Positions 47,913 to 64,000 of a stretch of 64,000 bases of DNA are shown here, in pieces. The translations under genes and the position numbers were made by a program. The notes beneath the pieces were generated by a model. It made no database searches. It worked only from the letters and a program-made list of their open reading frames with translations, and was not told where the DNA came from. Origin of the DNA: Syncephalis fuscata S228 (Eukaryota > Fungi > Zoopagomycota); the NCBI GenBank assembly GCA_025786725.1, contig JAHLTZ010000017.1, forward strand, positions 124,001 through 188,000, given 5' to 3'. Numbering within the stretch: the first letter of the stretch is position 1; each line of letters begins with the position of its first letter.

Positions 47913-50900
47913 AGTCATTTACACGAGTACTGTAACAGTGTTTATAATCCAGTACATATTCAATAAAAATAGACATATTAATCTGTATTTTCTATTACAC
48001 AATCTACCTATTTGATGAAAATAAGCATATTACTTGGCTTTATAAAAATAATAATGATGTTTTTGCTGTCATTTCTACCGATTCGATCCTCAATGTCTGC
48101 ATGCATACAAATAGCACACAACACTGATACGAAAATAAGTCTAATATATCAAACTAGTATTTTATACAAGTTTTTAATGATGCGTATAAATTAGTCGTCA
48201 TTCCTTAAATTATAAAATGTGTTGATTGGTGCATACGTCTATTTCATTCGACACTGTGCGCATTGTTATAAGGAGGAGTAATAAGTGTTTCGGATTCACA
48301 AACGCATTACATCCAGACATATCATGTTGCATGCTGTGCAACTACCATCATTCAAACAGAGGTTAATCCAAATTACCTGAAACCGACTATACAATAAGTA
48401 CTGTTTGTAACATGATGCATCACGGCATTTTGAGCAATGGAACATTCCAACAAGTCATTTTTGTCATTAGTTTTCAGCTGTAAACTAAATTGCATTGATT
48501 AAATTATATGCAATACAATATGAAGACACTAGACTAGACACAATAGAAAGCTCTTACCAAGTACCAGCGATTCAAATGCATAATATCAATAGATTACATA
48601 TCAATTGGTAAGCATCCAAGGCTTAAGTGCCGCTTACATTTCTGAAACCACTTCTGGCAAGTTAAGCAAAATGGAATATAGAAGAACAAGCCAAGGCAGA
48701 AACCAATAGAAAAACAATTGGCAACTCGAAGACTTTCTAGTTTGACCTATAGCAAATCATTATAGCTATGCTAAGCTGGGCTGCATTTATCAAAAGTTGG
48801 CTGTTGCTGATGCGACCAGAACAGCAGCAACATTAAACTGAGATAACGCACAGAAAACAGAGAGTTGTAAATAACACTGAATTAACGAGTTTAGTAGTTA
48901 AATAACTTGTTATTGGCACTATAACTTATAATGCTGGTTGTTTGTACGGATAAATATTTACAATCACATTGTGACTTCTTATATACTTACATGTACACGA
49001 CCACCAACTAAGCCAACCATTACAAGGCTTACTTTAATTATTTATCAGAGTAAGCAGCTAATATTATACATTATTGCAATAATAGAAAGACAGATTAATT
49101 TTATTTATTGATCATTAATAAAAGTTGTATAGCTATATATTAAAATAAAACAAAGCACTGTATTGAACGTGTAATATTTATATAATTAGCTCATTTTTAC
49201 TTTGACTTCCACATTTTAAGTCCCCAAAGCAAAATTTGTTCCAATTGAAGTGTACTGATGCAAAACACAATTATATTACTTTCTATTAAAATGCTGTTAA
49301 TAAATTAATTTAAACCAATAATATAGCATACTATTTGATTTCTTTGGAATATTTGAGATTGATCATTGTTGTTGCTGGTCATGTATAAAAAATTAATTGA
49401 ATATTAACATATTACAATGCGTTACATTCACTACGATTACAACCATGTTAGCTATTTTAACAATAATATCAATAATTATTTAGTTAATTGTTTTATTTGA
49501 TTGTGCTAGTACTGTTGCGCTAATATATACATGCTATGTACCATTTCATTGTTAACTTTTAATTTTAATACTTGTTAATTGAGTTAAATAAAACACATCA
49601 TCATATAGAATATTGCGTGCCATTTAATATTATTATACAATTAAATTGAATTTATTGCTATTTAGTATGATTTGTGGTTAAAATAATAACTAACTGACAT
49701 GATAAACATTCTAATTAATACGCAATATTGAACGAGATTAGCTATGTTGAAGTTAATGAGCATATATGCATGATCAATGAACGGAATTAGTCGACGTTTG
49801 TTAATAATAAAGCTAGAACAAAAATAAACCCAGTTTTGGATAGAGGAAGGCCAGGCAAGTATAAAATAAACTGTTTAGTAGCAATATAGTGAAAATAATG
49901 CAAATAAATCACTGATATTATTGCTAAAGTGAGCAGTGTCAATGTAACTAATTGTAATATGTTAATATCTGTAAAAGAAACTTCTATATTTAATTGACCA
50001 AATAAAATATTAAAACATTAATTACATTGTGCACATTTTTGTTTGGGAGCTAACGCACTAAATATATTTGTAGAACTAAAAAAGGGGAAGTGATAACGAG
50101 TGGTGTGTTGTGTTGATTTGTTGGTGAGTCGAGTAGTTGGATATTGAAATAAATCAATAGTATGAGTAAAGGCGAATAAAAGAGTAAAGCAGTATGATTA
50201 TGTGTGCGTGTGTGTGTGTAAAGGATCATCAATGGATAATATATATATGTCATGTGTGTATACATTTCATCCAAATTGCCATTGAGATCACAAGTATAAC
50301 GCTGATATGGCATGGCGCGCCTGTAGTGTTTTTAAAATGTTCCCGAATGCAAAGAACCCGGCAACCGCGCCCGTCCGACTAAATTAAAATAAAATAAACA
50401 GCCGGACGACGCAGGACGGATGGTCATATATATGATGTATGTGTGTTTGTGGAGATTAAGAGAAGCAGCAAAGATATTGTACAGCAGAAAAGATAATGTA
50501 AAATGAGGCAGTAATAATGAAGGTAGCGTAATTGACATAGAATGCAGCTGTACAAAAGCATGCGGCCTCTCTCTACCAAAAAAAGTAGATGCGTAATAAG
50601 AAGGGGGCTGACCGAAGGCGGGAAAGGGGCGCGAATAGGATTGGGAGGTTCGGGCGCAAAAAAAACAAAGCAAACAAACAAACAAGAGCGACAAAGATAA
50701 TAAACGAAAGATCTATCAACATTTTGAGCAGCACTGGCACAGCCGATGCACACAAAAAAGGTGTTGTAAATGGAAATAAAACGAGGAGGAGATGACTAAA
50801 TGACAACGAATAATGGCATATCCATTTGTTGGATATGGTCGTATTTGTCAATGATTAGAAAAGAAAAGGCAATGGAAAGAAATAGGCGAAAGGTGAAGGC

Positions 50901-51134
50901 GGGTAAAGGTGGTTTGGTGCGCAAGACAAGCATAAGGGTGGCATTGGTAATAATAGTCATTATCTTAGCTTAAATAATAATGTGTTATTATACTAAGGTC
51001 AATATAATAGATCATTATTATTTAGTAAGAGAAAGTGTTGAATGAATGTCTGTCCATTACAGATCAAATCATTATTGACACTAACCATATTATTATCAGT
51101 GAATGGCAGTTTCGTAATAATCAAATTGGTACAT

Positions 51135-53845
<2,711 letters not shown>

Positions 53846-54692
53846 GATGATAGAGTGGTATGAAAAGAGATTGCTTTAGTATCTAAAAAAGAAGAGCAAA
53901 GGAACGAAAAAGAAGTGTGTGAGTGAATGCCTGAAAGAGCAAAGGAAAAAATAAAAAATGCGTGTGTGTGTGTGTGTGATCAACTTATGTTGGACCACGT
54001 GTAGTAACATCACATACACACAATTTCTATTATCATACACAATCACAAATTTATTATCATACTTACATATGCTATCGTTTGACTTGTTTGAAATTGCAAG
54101 TGAATATAATATGCAAAAAACTGCGCGTTGCTTGTAGCCAACTTCTCGAGACAACGAATTCGACGATGCTGGAGAATATAGTAACTAGTTGTAATGCAAA
54201 GAAACAGCCTAATACGTAAAGTATTTAAAACACTAGTAAAGTACTATGGCTCTTGTAATAGGTTGTAAACAACTACTTGTTCTGCCAGTAAAATACGCGA
54301 TATATTTATTAGATATAGCTATCAAGTTGTTAGCAACAATGACCTACTTTCCGAAACGATAATATACGGCTTGAATGAGTGTGGAAATAAGGATGATGAA
54401 CGAGAAAGAATTGTGTGTGTGTGTGTGTGTGGTGTAAATAGTCTTGTATTTTAGTACAAAAGGTATTGTGTACTGAAAGAAAGAGAAAGAGAAGTGATAA
54501 GATCAATGGAAACGCTATCAATTTAAGTTCTAATAAACTGTGATAAAGTAAATAGAGCAAAGTGATACAGTGGGAAGTTGAGTATAACTTTTTCGTTTCA
54601 ATATTCTCTTTCATGTGAGAGTATTATTGTCTTTATTTTTTATCTTTGTTATTGCTATTGCTACTACTTCTGTTAGCTACTGATAACAAACT

Positions 54693-55117
54693 ATGGAAGA
54701 GCCTACTTCAATGTTAGAATTGGACGCATTACTAGGTAAATAAAGCTATTATTGTTACGGCTAAGAAAGTATAGATTACTCAAAGTGCTAACCCATGCTT
54801 CATCCACTCGAATAGCGGCAATGACGGTTACGGGCAGTGCGGGCCAGACACGGCCAGCTGGAGCGTCAGGAACAACAGATTCTGACGCTTTTATGATGGA
54901 CGCTACAAGTACTAATGGCCAGCATAGTGATGCAGCAATGCAACCTGTACAACCGGTACCGCCAGTGAATCAAGCACCACTGCATCCAGATGTGTGTTTT
55001 TGTTTGCTTTGTATTTAATTACAAGCTACCCCGATAATTCGATCAAAATAGATCGATCCTTATGCTTTGTTTGTTTGTGCTGAGTTCTGTTGTTTATTAT
55101 TAGCATTCTTATTATAA
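54693..55117 (+). CDS. Small protein with a P/Q-rich linker and a C-terminal Cys-containing hydrophobic tail (tail-anchored, CYSTM-like)
   Basis: Three exons joined in frame by GT-AG introns (54736-54815, ~54992-55051): MEEPTSMLELDALL...PVQPVPPVNQAPLHPD-IDPYALFVCAEFCCLLLAFLL*. Confidence 0.55.
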
Positions 55118-55505
55118 AATATTTAATACGACGTTTCTAATAGCGCTACATTAATAAATACGAATAAAGGGGGACAGTCCCATAATTAGCAGTTACTCCT
55201 TACAGAGCCACTCTGGTTATCGTCGTACGCACGATGCCTGAGATATGTACAGCGTTCTTTATTTGCCGTCTCTGACTTTTTTGCTTATGCAGAACTTTTA
55301 GTTTCCGCCGGTGAACCAGAACGCCAGAATAATTGCTGATCCGGTTCGACCTAGAACTAATTCCCAATACATATCGTCCAGCCTAGCCTTTATGTGGTTT
55401 AGCTGGCCCGTACGGCAGCGACACACTCTTCATCTCAGAATAACAACAATAGTAACAAGTATCATTGTATCCATATTAGCTACCGATAGTTGCAGTAAAT
55501 TCATT

Positions 55506-56564
55506 ATGACGTCGCGAATAAATCAACCGAACGACGATATATCCTCGGTAGATTCGTTAGCAAGTGGCAAACAACTCTTAATGTTGCCAGGGCCTGAATG
55601 GCCAAGACTAGATTTTTGCTATCGATCTAATACAAACAAAGATGACGACAATGATGGTAATTCAAATACTGAATCGTATTTTACTATTGTTGGTCGTCCA
55701 ATCTTTACACATACCAGTACAATGACTAAGAAAGCAAATGTATTAAATGCAGAAAGCATACCGGCCACTGACCATGCCATCAAGACTGCATCGAGTGTTT
55801 GGGACGCAGTAAGTAATAATGGTAATAGTAAAATATTTAATGTTAGTGGATAATTTGTCATAGTCATTAATCTTGGCAAAATTTCTTGAAAAGAATGCCA
55901 ATGAATTGGAATTAAAGAATAAGCGTACGATCGAACTGGTGTGTTACTAAGCTGATTAGTCTGTTTCTTATCATTACAAGAGTCAAAATTAATTGATTAT
56001 TAGGGCGCTGGACAAGGTATTCCAAGTATGGCGGCTGCTATATTGGGTGCATCTGCTACAGTTACCGATGCGCCTGAAGCTGTTACAGCATTACAAGAGG
56101 TTATCAGGCTACATACATCACTTGATCACCACAACAAAGATCATTCTATTAGAGTATGTGCTCTTGACTGGAACGAATGGTAGATTACTGTTTACTATTG
56201 TAATATTTACAACTTAACGGTATATTTAGTCCGGCATGGACTGTCAATGAACAATGGGATATTATTATGGCTTCAGATGTACTATGGCTTTATCAGCTAA
56301 TAGAACCATTTGTGCTAACGCTAAAAAGTAAGTTTAACCTTTAAAGAATAATTAATTAATAGCGCACATATAATAGCTTTATCCGATGCATCACCGCATG
56401 CACGTATATTTATATCACATCAAACTCGAGCCAATCGAGTAGATAAGCAATTCAGCAATTTATTACAAGCATCGCAGCTGCAACTAAAAGAAGTGCCAAG
56501 TTCACAATTGGATATGCAATTCTGGAAGGATACTGTGCACATTTGGGAAATTACACGTCAATAA
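55506..56564 (+). CDS. METTL21/Methyltransf_16-family protein-lysine methyltransferase, multi-exon
   Basis: TASSVWDA, LAKFLE, IELGAGQG, TVTDAPE, LDWNE and WDIIMASDVLW motifs across short introns. Confidence 0.85.
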
Positions 56565-56729
56565 AATGATTTCTTTCATTAAACTTTATTTTACATGGCA
56601 TCTACATTGTTTTACGTAATTTATGACAAATGAAATATGCCACTCGGTAGAGCTGTGTGTGTGTGTGTTCAACATCATTATAACTTATTGTCACCGAGTT
56701 TTTTGTTTTCTTTAATAGCAGGATCCCAT

Positions 56730-57501
56730 TTACTGAGGCATTGTATTAGGCATATGATGCTGTCCACGTAGCATCTCTAATACCCATTTCATACCAAGTC
56801 GACTCTAAAGCATGCTTATTAGATAAGTCTTGCAGGTAATACATAGTAACTTACCTTGACTGTATTATCAGTAAATCGTTTTAATCCAAAACCTTCAACA
56901 CGGCTTGTCATGCCCCATCCAATATTTGATAGAATACGTGCCTCGCACTTGGCTTGTGTCCTAATGAACGAGTGAATTGCAACATATGATTAGATATAGT
57001 ATTAATTATCATTATTACTATCAACTTACCATGCACGATTCTCGGGATGTGCCATAAACTGTTGCGTCTCTTCAATATACATCAATCGCTTGTGCGTTAC
57101 ATTTCGAGTACGTGTTGTCATGACAGCCTTCTTAGGATCAGTAATCGATTCTTCCAAAATATAGGCTTCATTATGCTTAACAAACTACAAATGTACACCA
57201 CTAATTAGCAGTATTTAAAAAACAATACCAATTTACATACCTTGCTGCCCCATTTCGGCACCATGCCTTTCTTTAGCAAAAGTCGCGTAGTATGCAAATA
57301 GCCTGTAGCAGGATCAACTCGCTGCTCAAGAATATCAGCTGCTAAGACATGACGGGCATGTGGATTTGGATACCGAAGAAAGAAGGCCAATGTCACCTCT
57401 TCCCAGGTATGGCTACATAAACCGGTATTAGTCCATAGTTTTTTTCTATCGTTCGTAAACACTTACTCAAATCGAAAGGCATGTTGAAAAACTTTTACCA
57501 T
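56730..57501 (-). CDS. UPS1: PRELI/MSF1-domain mitochondrial lipid-transfer protein (Ups1/PRELID1-like)
   Basis: MVKVF..F-HTWEEVTLAFFLRYPNPHARHVLAAD, LHTTRLLLKKG, AYILEES, TRTRNVTH, VEGFGLKRF, SRLGMKWVLE. Confidence 0.88.
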
Positions 57502-58639
57502 GATGCTGTTGCGATATGGTGGATGTAATCGCGCTTTTTGTTTTTAGATCTGCGTCAATAGCAAGTCAATTCTAGTTGGATATTGAATATTAAATGTAGG
57601 ATTCAGCAAGAGTTGTATAAAAACACACGTAAAATAAAAGCGTTAAAAATAGTATGCACGTGTAAAGCGGTGCAGCAGTGCCGTAGTAACAGTTGGAGTA
57701 CGCCACTAATTGACAACAAAGTGATCGATACCTAGTAACAATCAAGGATAGCAACAGCAACTAGGCAACAATTCAAACAGAAAAAAGAGTAACCAACAAG
57801 AAGAAAGAAATAGAAGAATAAAAGGATAGAAAGATACGAGAAGAAGGAGGATGGTAGAGGTCGTGGCGAACACGTAAAGTTTACTTCGGTTGATTTACAA
57901 ATACGCCGATGATTGGCTACAAATAGCCGGCATTTTACTCATGGAATGCCACCAATCACATTAATGCCATGACAATAAAACAAAAAATAGGAAACCGTGT
58001 ACTTATGTTTCATTTACATATGGAAATGGTGGAAATATGGTGCGTGTTTTTGGCAGCCATTGCATTACAATTCCATATCGTATAGTTGGAGACTTGAGTA
58101 TAGCATGGGCTTTACGCTTTGATCCGGTAGTTGCCATGCTATATAGTATTTGAATTCTGCATTTACAATAGTTTTGACTTGTTAAAATTCGGCAATATGA
58201 GTAGATTTAATAGAACATCAGAATTAATCAGTCAGCAATAAATAGATTATTTAGATTATTTTTTATTATTTTAATAAACGGCTGTTTATTTGTTAACAAG
58301 AATAAATGGTACTAACCAACACTCATATTCAATTATACATAGTTTATTTATATGATTAGATAAAGTTAAGGTTTTAGTACATCACAAAGATATTGCGTAC
58401 CTGTTTCTATTGCCGTAGAATGTTATTTACTATTATTCTTGTAGTTGTAATAAATATACGCATTGTTTATCAACTTAAGCAATAGTAGCAGCATAATAGG
58501 CTATAATGTATTAATATACCATGATGGTAATTAATTGGCCACTATCATGTTGTATAGCACTGATAATTGCAATACATCATTATCAAAGCATTGTACAAGT
58601 TGTTTAGTAAATGATAAAAATAAAGTAGACTTATAGAAA

Positions 58640-60284
58640 TTAAAAGGACAAATCTATTATTCTGTATCCTTCGCCATCTATCATTAACGCCGCGTTTCTT
58701 GTGCTAAATGTATCATTTAGTAATAAAGGCTGTCTAATCAGGTAGCTAAATTTTACAAGAATACTTCGACGTTCACAAGTTTTGTACAAATACTCTGAAT
58801 TTGTTATGCCTAAATTTTTAGTACGACTTGAATTAGTTAGATCTACTGCTATAAACGTGTCGTCAGTTTTAGATCTGTAAAGAACAAATCCACCAATACA
58901 TGTTATAAAAATTTTAACATAAAAAGATATATATAGCAGGCGAGGATTTTCAAGCGCTAAATCTAAAGTTTCTACATCGATGTGTGCTAGTATAACGCCA
59001 TCGATTAAGCTGTGAACCGTCCATCCTCTCTCAGATATAACAAGAATGCGATTAGAACCAAATAGCGGCACTGTGCCATAAAGACCATCGTTACGTGTCC
59101 AAATGGGCTTTGCATCTTTAATGCAATCGTTTGAGTGGCTGCATTCCGTCGAAATCATGGCCAAGCGTATTTCATCTTCCATATGCTCTTTCAGTATTTC
59201 AATATTAAGCGGGGAGCTATATTCGACTAAAACTCGATTGTCATCCAGCTTTTTAACAATATTCTAAAACCTTTGAATGTATTAAAACGGATCTCTCCTT
59301 GCATCAGACAGTGTGGACCACATCCCAAATAACGAGTTGAAAACTCCCATACGTTCCATTTGAGCATGGTAGTAGTGTCTGAGTGCTGCAGTGTTCTACT
59401 AAATATAGTTGCTGCTTCTTCAGTAACTCTTAATAAAAAAGTTTCCCCTTCATTAGCTGTAATAGTACCCATGCACATTTGGCCATTAGCAAGATCAAAA
59501 ACGCGAGTGGTTGCTATTATATTAGATCTGTTTGTTTCTCCTTCTGTTATTTCTAACTGATTAATCATCATCCAGCGGCCACGAATGCTTGCATCATCAC
59601 ATAAACAGGAAAATTGACGCGGCCGCATAATTGAGACTCGGTTCACTGGCCAGATAGAAATAATGCATGGTTTTTTGTGAAAAAGGTCAACGTCAATTGC
59701 TTGTTCACTAATAGTCACCACAAATCTATCTGATATCAGGCACTGTATTGCGTGTGGATTATAGCTTATATTATTCCAAAACAATCTACGTACGCGCCAA
59801 AATCGCTTAATAGATGCCTCTCCTATTGGTTGACATTGTTCAGCGATAAAACATTTCTGCAGGTCACCATGATGATAAACAATTCGTTGCAATACAATAG
59901 ATTGAATGTTGCCTGGTTCTTTCTCCACCAAATTCTTGACTGGATATGGCGTGTCTTTAAGCCAATTTGCATCAGCGGCGCGTCGATAGCAAAAGCCCGA
60001 AACCATTCAATATACTGACTATTTGACTGAGTGGTGTTGATTGCTTTTTTGGTCTGTGATGCCAGCAGTCTCGATGCACACACTGTCTTCACATACCAGG
60101 CCAGCCATTTTACTTCATTGCCGTCAGCAATATTATAATACTGCGTATATCGCTGATGCCAAAGATTATTATGTTGGCTAACGCAATAGCGCAGCCATTT
60201 ACTGCAACATGAAAGCAGAACAAGTGAATTACTGTCAGAAAATACTGCAACACGCCCAATAACAACTATAGGAATATAATCCAT
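58640..60284 (-). CDS. Lineage-specific F-box-like protein with two frameshifts (sequence error or pseudogene)
   Basis: MDYIPIVVIGRVAVF..SLVLLSCCSKWLR...NNLWHQRY resembles an F-box; three consecutive ORFs join with indels near 60000 and 59240. Confidence 0.6.
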
Positions 60285-61171
60285 TGTGCATAGTAAATAA
60301 GACAAGAAAGAGAGAGTAGTTGGATTGTTAATGGTCATTCACGTCAATAATACTTTCTTAAAAGATAGACGATCATAGTGCCTAGTTATAATGCAAATAT
60401 ACAAAACGTGTATTTTGAGTAGCATTTATACATGTCATGCAACCCCAAAGGCCATCAAGCCTTTGGACTGGCGGTCTATTTACAATACAACCATCGTACG
60501 TACACCATCTGTTATATTTATCATAATAGTGCTGCTATTCTAATGTGTGCGTACGGTGCGCCATCTCATTTCTAGTTTTAATTTAAGAGTTTGTAGATAT
60601 TTATATTTATTTGTTAAATAACATTTGTTAATCACATAACATGCTGTGGAGCATTTGAAATTATTATACAATTTATTATTTATAGTTATATTATGATTTG
60701 TGAGTCAAATAGCTACATTTAATAGCATTCGCGCAATTGAACTAAATATCCGTTCTATTAAACATGATGATGGGTGACGAGCGATATCAAAGTATGCAAA
60801 AGCAAGACAATTTATTTATACGAATTCGTTATTACACAATAATATATTTATGTTTATTGCTGTTACGGTGACTTTATGAACTTTAATGCTAGCCACAGTA
60901 TCAGTTAGCTATACAAATGGTTTTTTGTAATAATAAACTGTGTATATTTTTATGATGATTTATTGCTTTTATGTGATTTGATATATACTTATAAACCAAA
61001 TAGCAACAATATCCACCATACTTCAATAGACATACGTAATTGTGTAACCATTGTTAATGCAAATAGAATAAAACAGCCCATGGTCACGCATGGTCCTTTC
61101 TTTCTACTTGCATTTACCATTGTTCTTTCTGTCTATCATATATCATTTTAGTGCAGTTGTTTTAATTATTC

Positions 61172-63236
61172 ATGTCTTTAAGCACTGATATTAAACGAAT
61201 ATGGCAGCACCATGACATTTTACTGTATTTGTGCCGATTTATAAATGGCCGAGAGTTGGTATTTTTTGCCAGTAGTTGTCAGCTTATTTATCAAACTATA
61301 GTCTATCGACCTGGTTATTGGGAAAGAAGATATAGAAAAGTGTTTTGTTTAGGTGATAAACGCGAACAAGAATGGCTTACGTGGTATAGTTGGTGTATTA
61401 ATGCTTTACCCAAATTAAAAGAATCCACGGCCAATGTAAATAAAACAAACCAAGAACAACCATTATCATCTACTGGTACAACTATCGATAACAACAATAA
61501 TGAATTTAAACCGCATGTTATTCATTTAATAACCGTTCCTAATTTTGATTCCGCTCGATGGTTTTACGCTTATTATCAGCGTCAGCAGATTAATTGCAAC
61601 TTTATGACAGGACGACTAAAAAAACACACATGTCAATTGCCAATTGATGAATACACCCGACTAAAACTTGCCAATGCAAATCCTTGGTATGCATTGATAT
61701 GGACCAGAAAGAAATCAAGGATTTGGTTAATTCAACATAATGTTTTCAGAAGAAAAATTGAACCCAATAACAAGGAATTGGCATGGAAGGAATTAACTAT
61801 TTCTTTATCATCAAAACTATTCTGTGGCAAAGCCCAAATTTATGATGTGTACGGGACAAATCGATTTGTTGTAGCCTATATTGATATAATGACATATAAT
61901 GGTGTAAAGTGTGTGGCTATTGGTGATGAAATAGGTAAGTGACAGTTATTAGTACTAATAATTATATCATTATTAATTAACAGTGTTAAAAATAGTTGAC
62001 ATGGATGAAATGAAATCACGGTATATTAGAAACGAAATTGAATTAATCAATAATGTAGACGAGCACCCTTCTATCTCTACGACCACTGCACCTTTAGAAA
62101 AACAATCAACTTACTGCCGAAATGCTATTGTAGTTTGGCCCAATGCTGGCTATTCACCCTCTTACTTTATTTATCTTAAACATAAAGCAAAGGACAATCG
62201 GATATCGGCAGTGCCTAACCTAGTCAACATCTATGATAATTGGATACTCTTTCAAACTGTCTATAAGCAAAGTCCATATCAAAAAATTAATTTATTTGAT
62301 TTAGATAGAAATCAATGGATAGAAGGTCCAAGATTGCTTCAGCATTACTCATGTACTAGTGTTCAATTTACTTCTCCCGAACAATGCCAATTGCTAACTT
62401 GGACAATAATACGTAATTATGTAGATTCTGATACTGATTCTACGTTATCTAATACTCAAAATTTCCAAAATGCCAACAATGACAAGCAATTATTGCGCAT
62501 CGAGTGGGAGCTATTTGACATTCAAAAAGGCCAATCCCAATGTAATAAGATATTATCAGACAAAATCATTATTCCATACAGCCCAGATGCTTTAATCCAG
62601 GCCGAGATGTATTCAGAGAAAATGTGTTTAATGGTTATATGTGACACAAAAGATATGTCATCTCGCATTCGTGATGGAACATTTAGTGCTCTATTATCGT
62701 TATTTGTATTTGACAAGTTTACGTCAAAAGATTCACTGCAATCGTTGTTTGATGCCAGAGATTACGGTCAATCACGGCCAATTGATGGTTCAGATCAAGG
62801 ACGTATACTATGGAGCCGGTCTATAACTAATAGTGTTATTACAACATTATACAGCGAAAAGTTAATTATCGTTCGAAATTACGGAAGACTTGATGTATTG
62901 AGTGCACAAGATGGAAATTTACTGCGCTCAATTAATTGTCCATTTCACACTAGACTTTCTCCCTTCCTTGGACCACTATGTGCAATGCTTAATGGAAATT
63001 ACGGTCACAATTGGCTTGTTGACGTGCACACTGGTCGTATTTATAATTCACCAGCTTGTCTTAGCGAAGATCAAACGGAAGACAAAAAGGATAAGCAGTT
63101 GGGCGTCATTGAAGCAACACCACCACCACCAGATGACTATATAATAAGCAAAAATTCCGGACTTTGTTTATCAAATGTCGTTATTGGTCGGATTAACGTC
63201 GATGGTGGTGGCCTATACGAATCATATACATTATAA
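61172..63236 (+). CDS. Lineage-specific F-box-like protein, one intron (~61935-61983)
   Basis: DILLYLCRFINGRELVFFASSCQLIY...YWERRY, EQEWLTWY and WFYAYYQRQQINCNF parallel the divergent neighbour (EVKWLAWY, WFRAFCYRRAADANW). Confidence 0.7.
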
Positions 63237-63479
63237 GTAAAACCCATTAGTTGCAAACATTTAATACAAATAATTCCACGCTACATAAACACTCACACAC
63301 TCATAACAAATCGTGATTTGATTAAAGTATGCAACATTATTGATTTGTTTAATAATTTTCTAGCTAATTTTATGTTAATACGATAGTCGCTATTTGATGC
63401 ATAGAAAAGCGTATTAATTGAAACAAACTTAATTACAGTTAGTTTATCAATGATAGTGACTAATAGAATTTTTTTAAAG

Positions 63480-63720
63480 ATAAAACCATACGTTTATTAC
63501 AAGCTTGCACAGTTGAATAGGGACAACTAGATGCAAGCTTGGTGGTAAAATAGTGATTCCATTGATTAAAGACTGGATAAACTGGAGTATTGGCCAAAAA
63601 TTGATATATAAATAGACTGGACGGCGTAGTTGTCAAATAGTCTTGCTTTTTACCGAATATATACCTAAAGTGTATTGGAATAACGGTTTGACTGCACTAC
63701 CAATGCTGATGTCTTGAAAT
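63480..63720 (-). repeat. Conserved 3' region of peptide family, copy 4
   Basis: Similar to 47115-47340, 32397-32653 and the reverse complement of 4428-4680. Confidence 0.88.
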
Positions 63721-63723
63721 TAA

Positions 63724-63924
63724 TTATGGAGCACATTTCGGCCTGCATGATGAATAACAATGGAGTGATGAATTTAACTGTGAAAAACATATGTTAAGAC
63801 ATTCCTCGCATTCCGGAGATTCCAAATCAGCACGACGAACTAAGGCTGGTTTAGCATCCACCATGACTGTACTGGCTACAAGCGCAACGACAATGGTGCA
63901 AACGACGGCAATGGAAAGCTTCAT
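63724..63924 (-). CDS. Small secreted 6-Cys peptide, intronless family member (copy 4)
   Basis: Signal MKLSIAVVCTIVVALVASTVMVDAKP, pro-segment ALVRR, core Cx2Cx3Cx9Cx3Cx3C. Confidence 0.88.
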   Translation of the reverse strand: MKLSIAVVCTIVVALVASTVMVDAKPALVRRADLESPECEECLNICFSQLNSSLHCYSSCRPKCAP

Positions 63925-64000
63925 AGTAATATTAATTTGTTAAAACAAACAAACAGAGCAGGCAATAGAGTGTGGTTGGTATAGAGTGTATAGTAGTGCG

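Noticed and set aside
48200-49000. Slightly GC-richer stretch that might be a decayed gene or transposon fragment
   Set aside because: No open frame or recognisable motif by eye; needs a BLASTX search

Overview
AT-rich eukaryotic DNA with many short GT-AG introns (mostly about 50-80 nt). The gene content and style suggest an early-diverging fungus, possibly a Zoopagomycota mycoparasite such as Syncephalis; that assignment is inference only. Housekeeping genes: STT3 (3' part), midasin/MDN1, an ABCC/MRP transporter, MUTYH, RPA2, DED1/DDX3, a METTL21-type methyltransferase and UPS1/PRELI. Accessory genes: a GH81 beta-1,3-glucanase, several secreted proteins, an actin-like pseudogene and two F-box-like proteins. 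The main discovery is a four-member family of secreted-peptide precursor genes at about 3160 (+), 33464 (-), 47558 (-) and 63924 (-). They share a promoter, a signal/pro leader and a roughly 250-nt 3' region, but their mature cores are unrelated. Two members are intronless Cys-rich peptides. In the other two, the core is spelled out by arrays of 3-nt micro-exons (AG|NNN|GT, 14 and 8 slots) separated by tandemly duplicated introns of about 80 nt, all in phase 1. Each repeat unit adds one amino acid and any skipped exon keeps the frame. Manual splicing gives ...GRR-EPCICSPNGSMC* and ...VRR-EPDVTGLAGS*. The ORF track misses both genes. Caveat: midasin and other genes carry several single-base frameshifts that look like sequencing errors, so single-base details need read-level confirmation.
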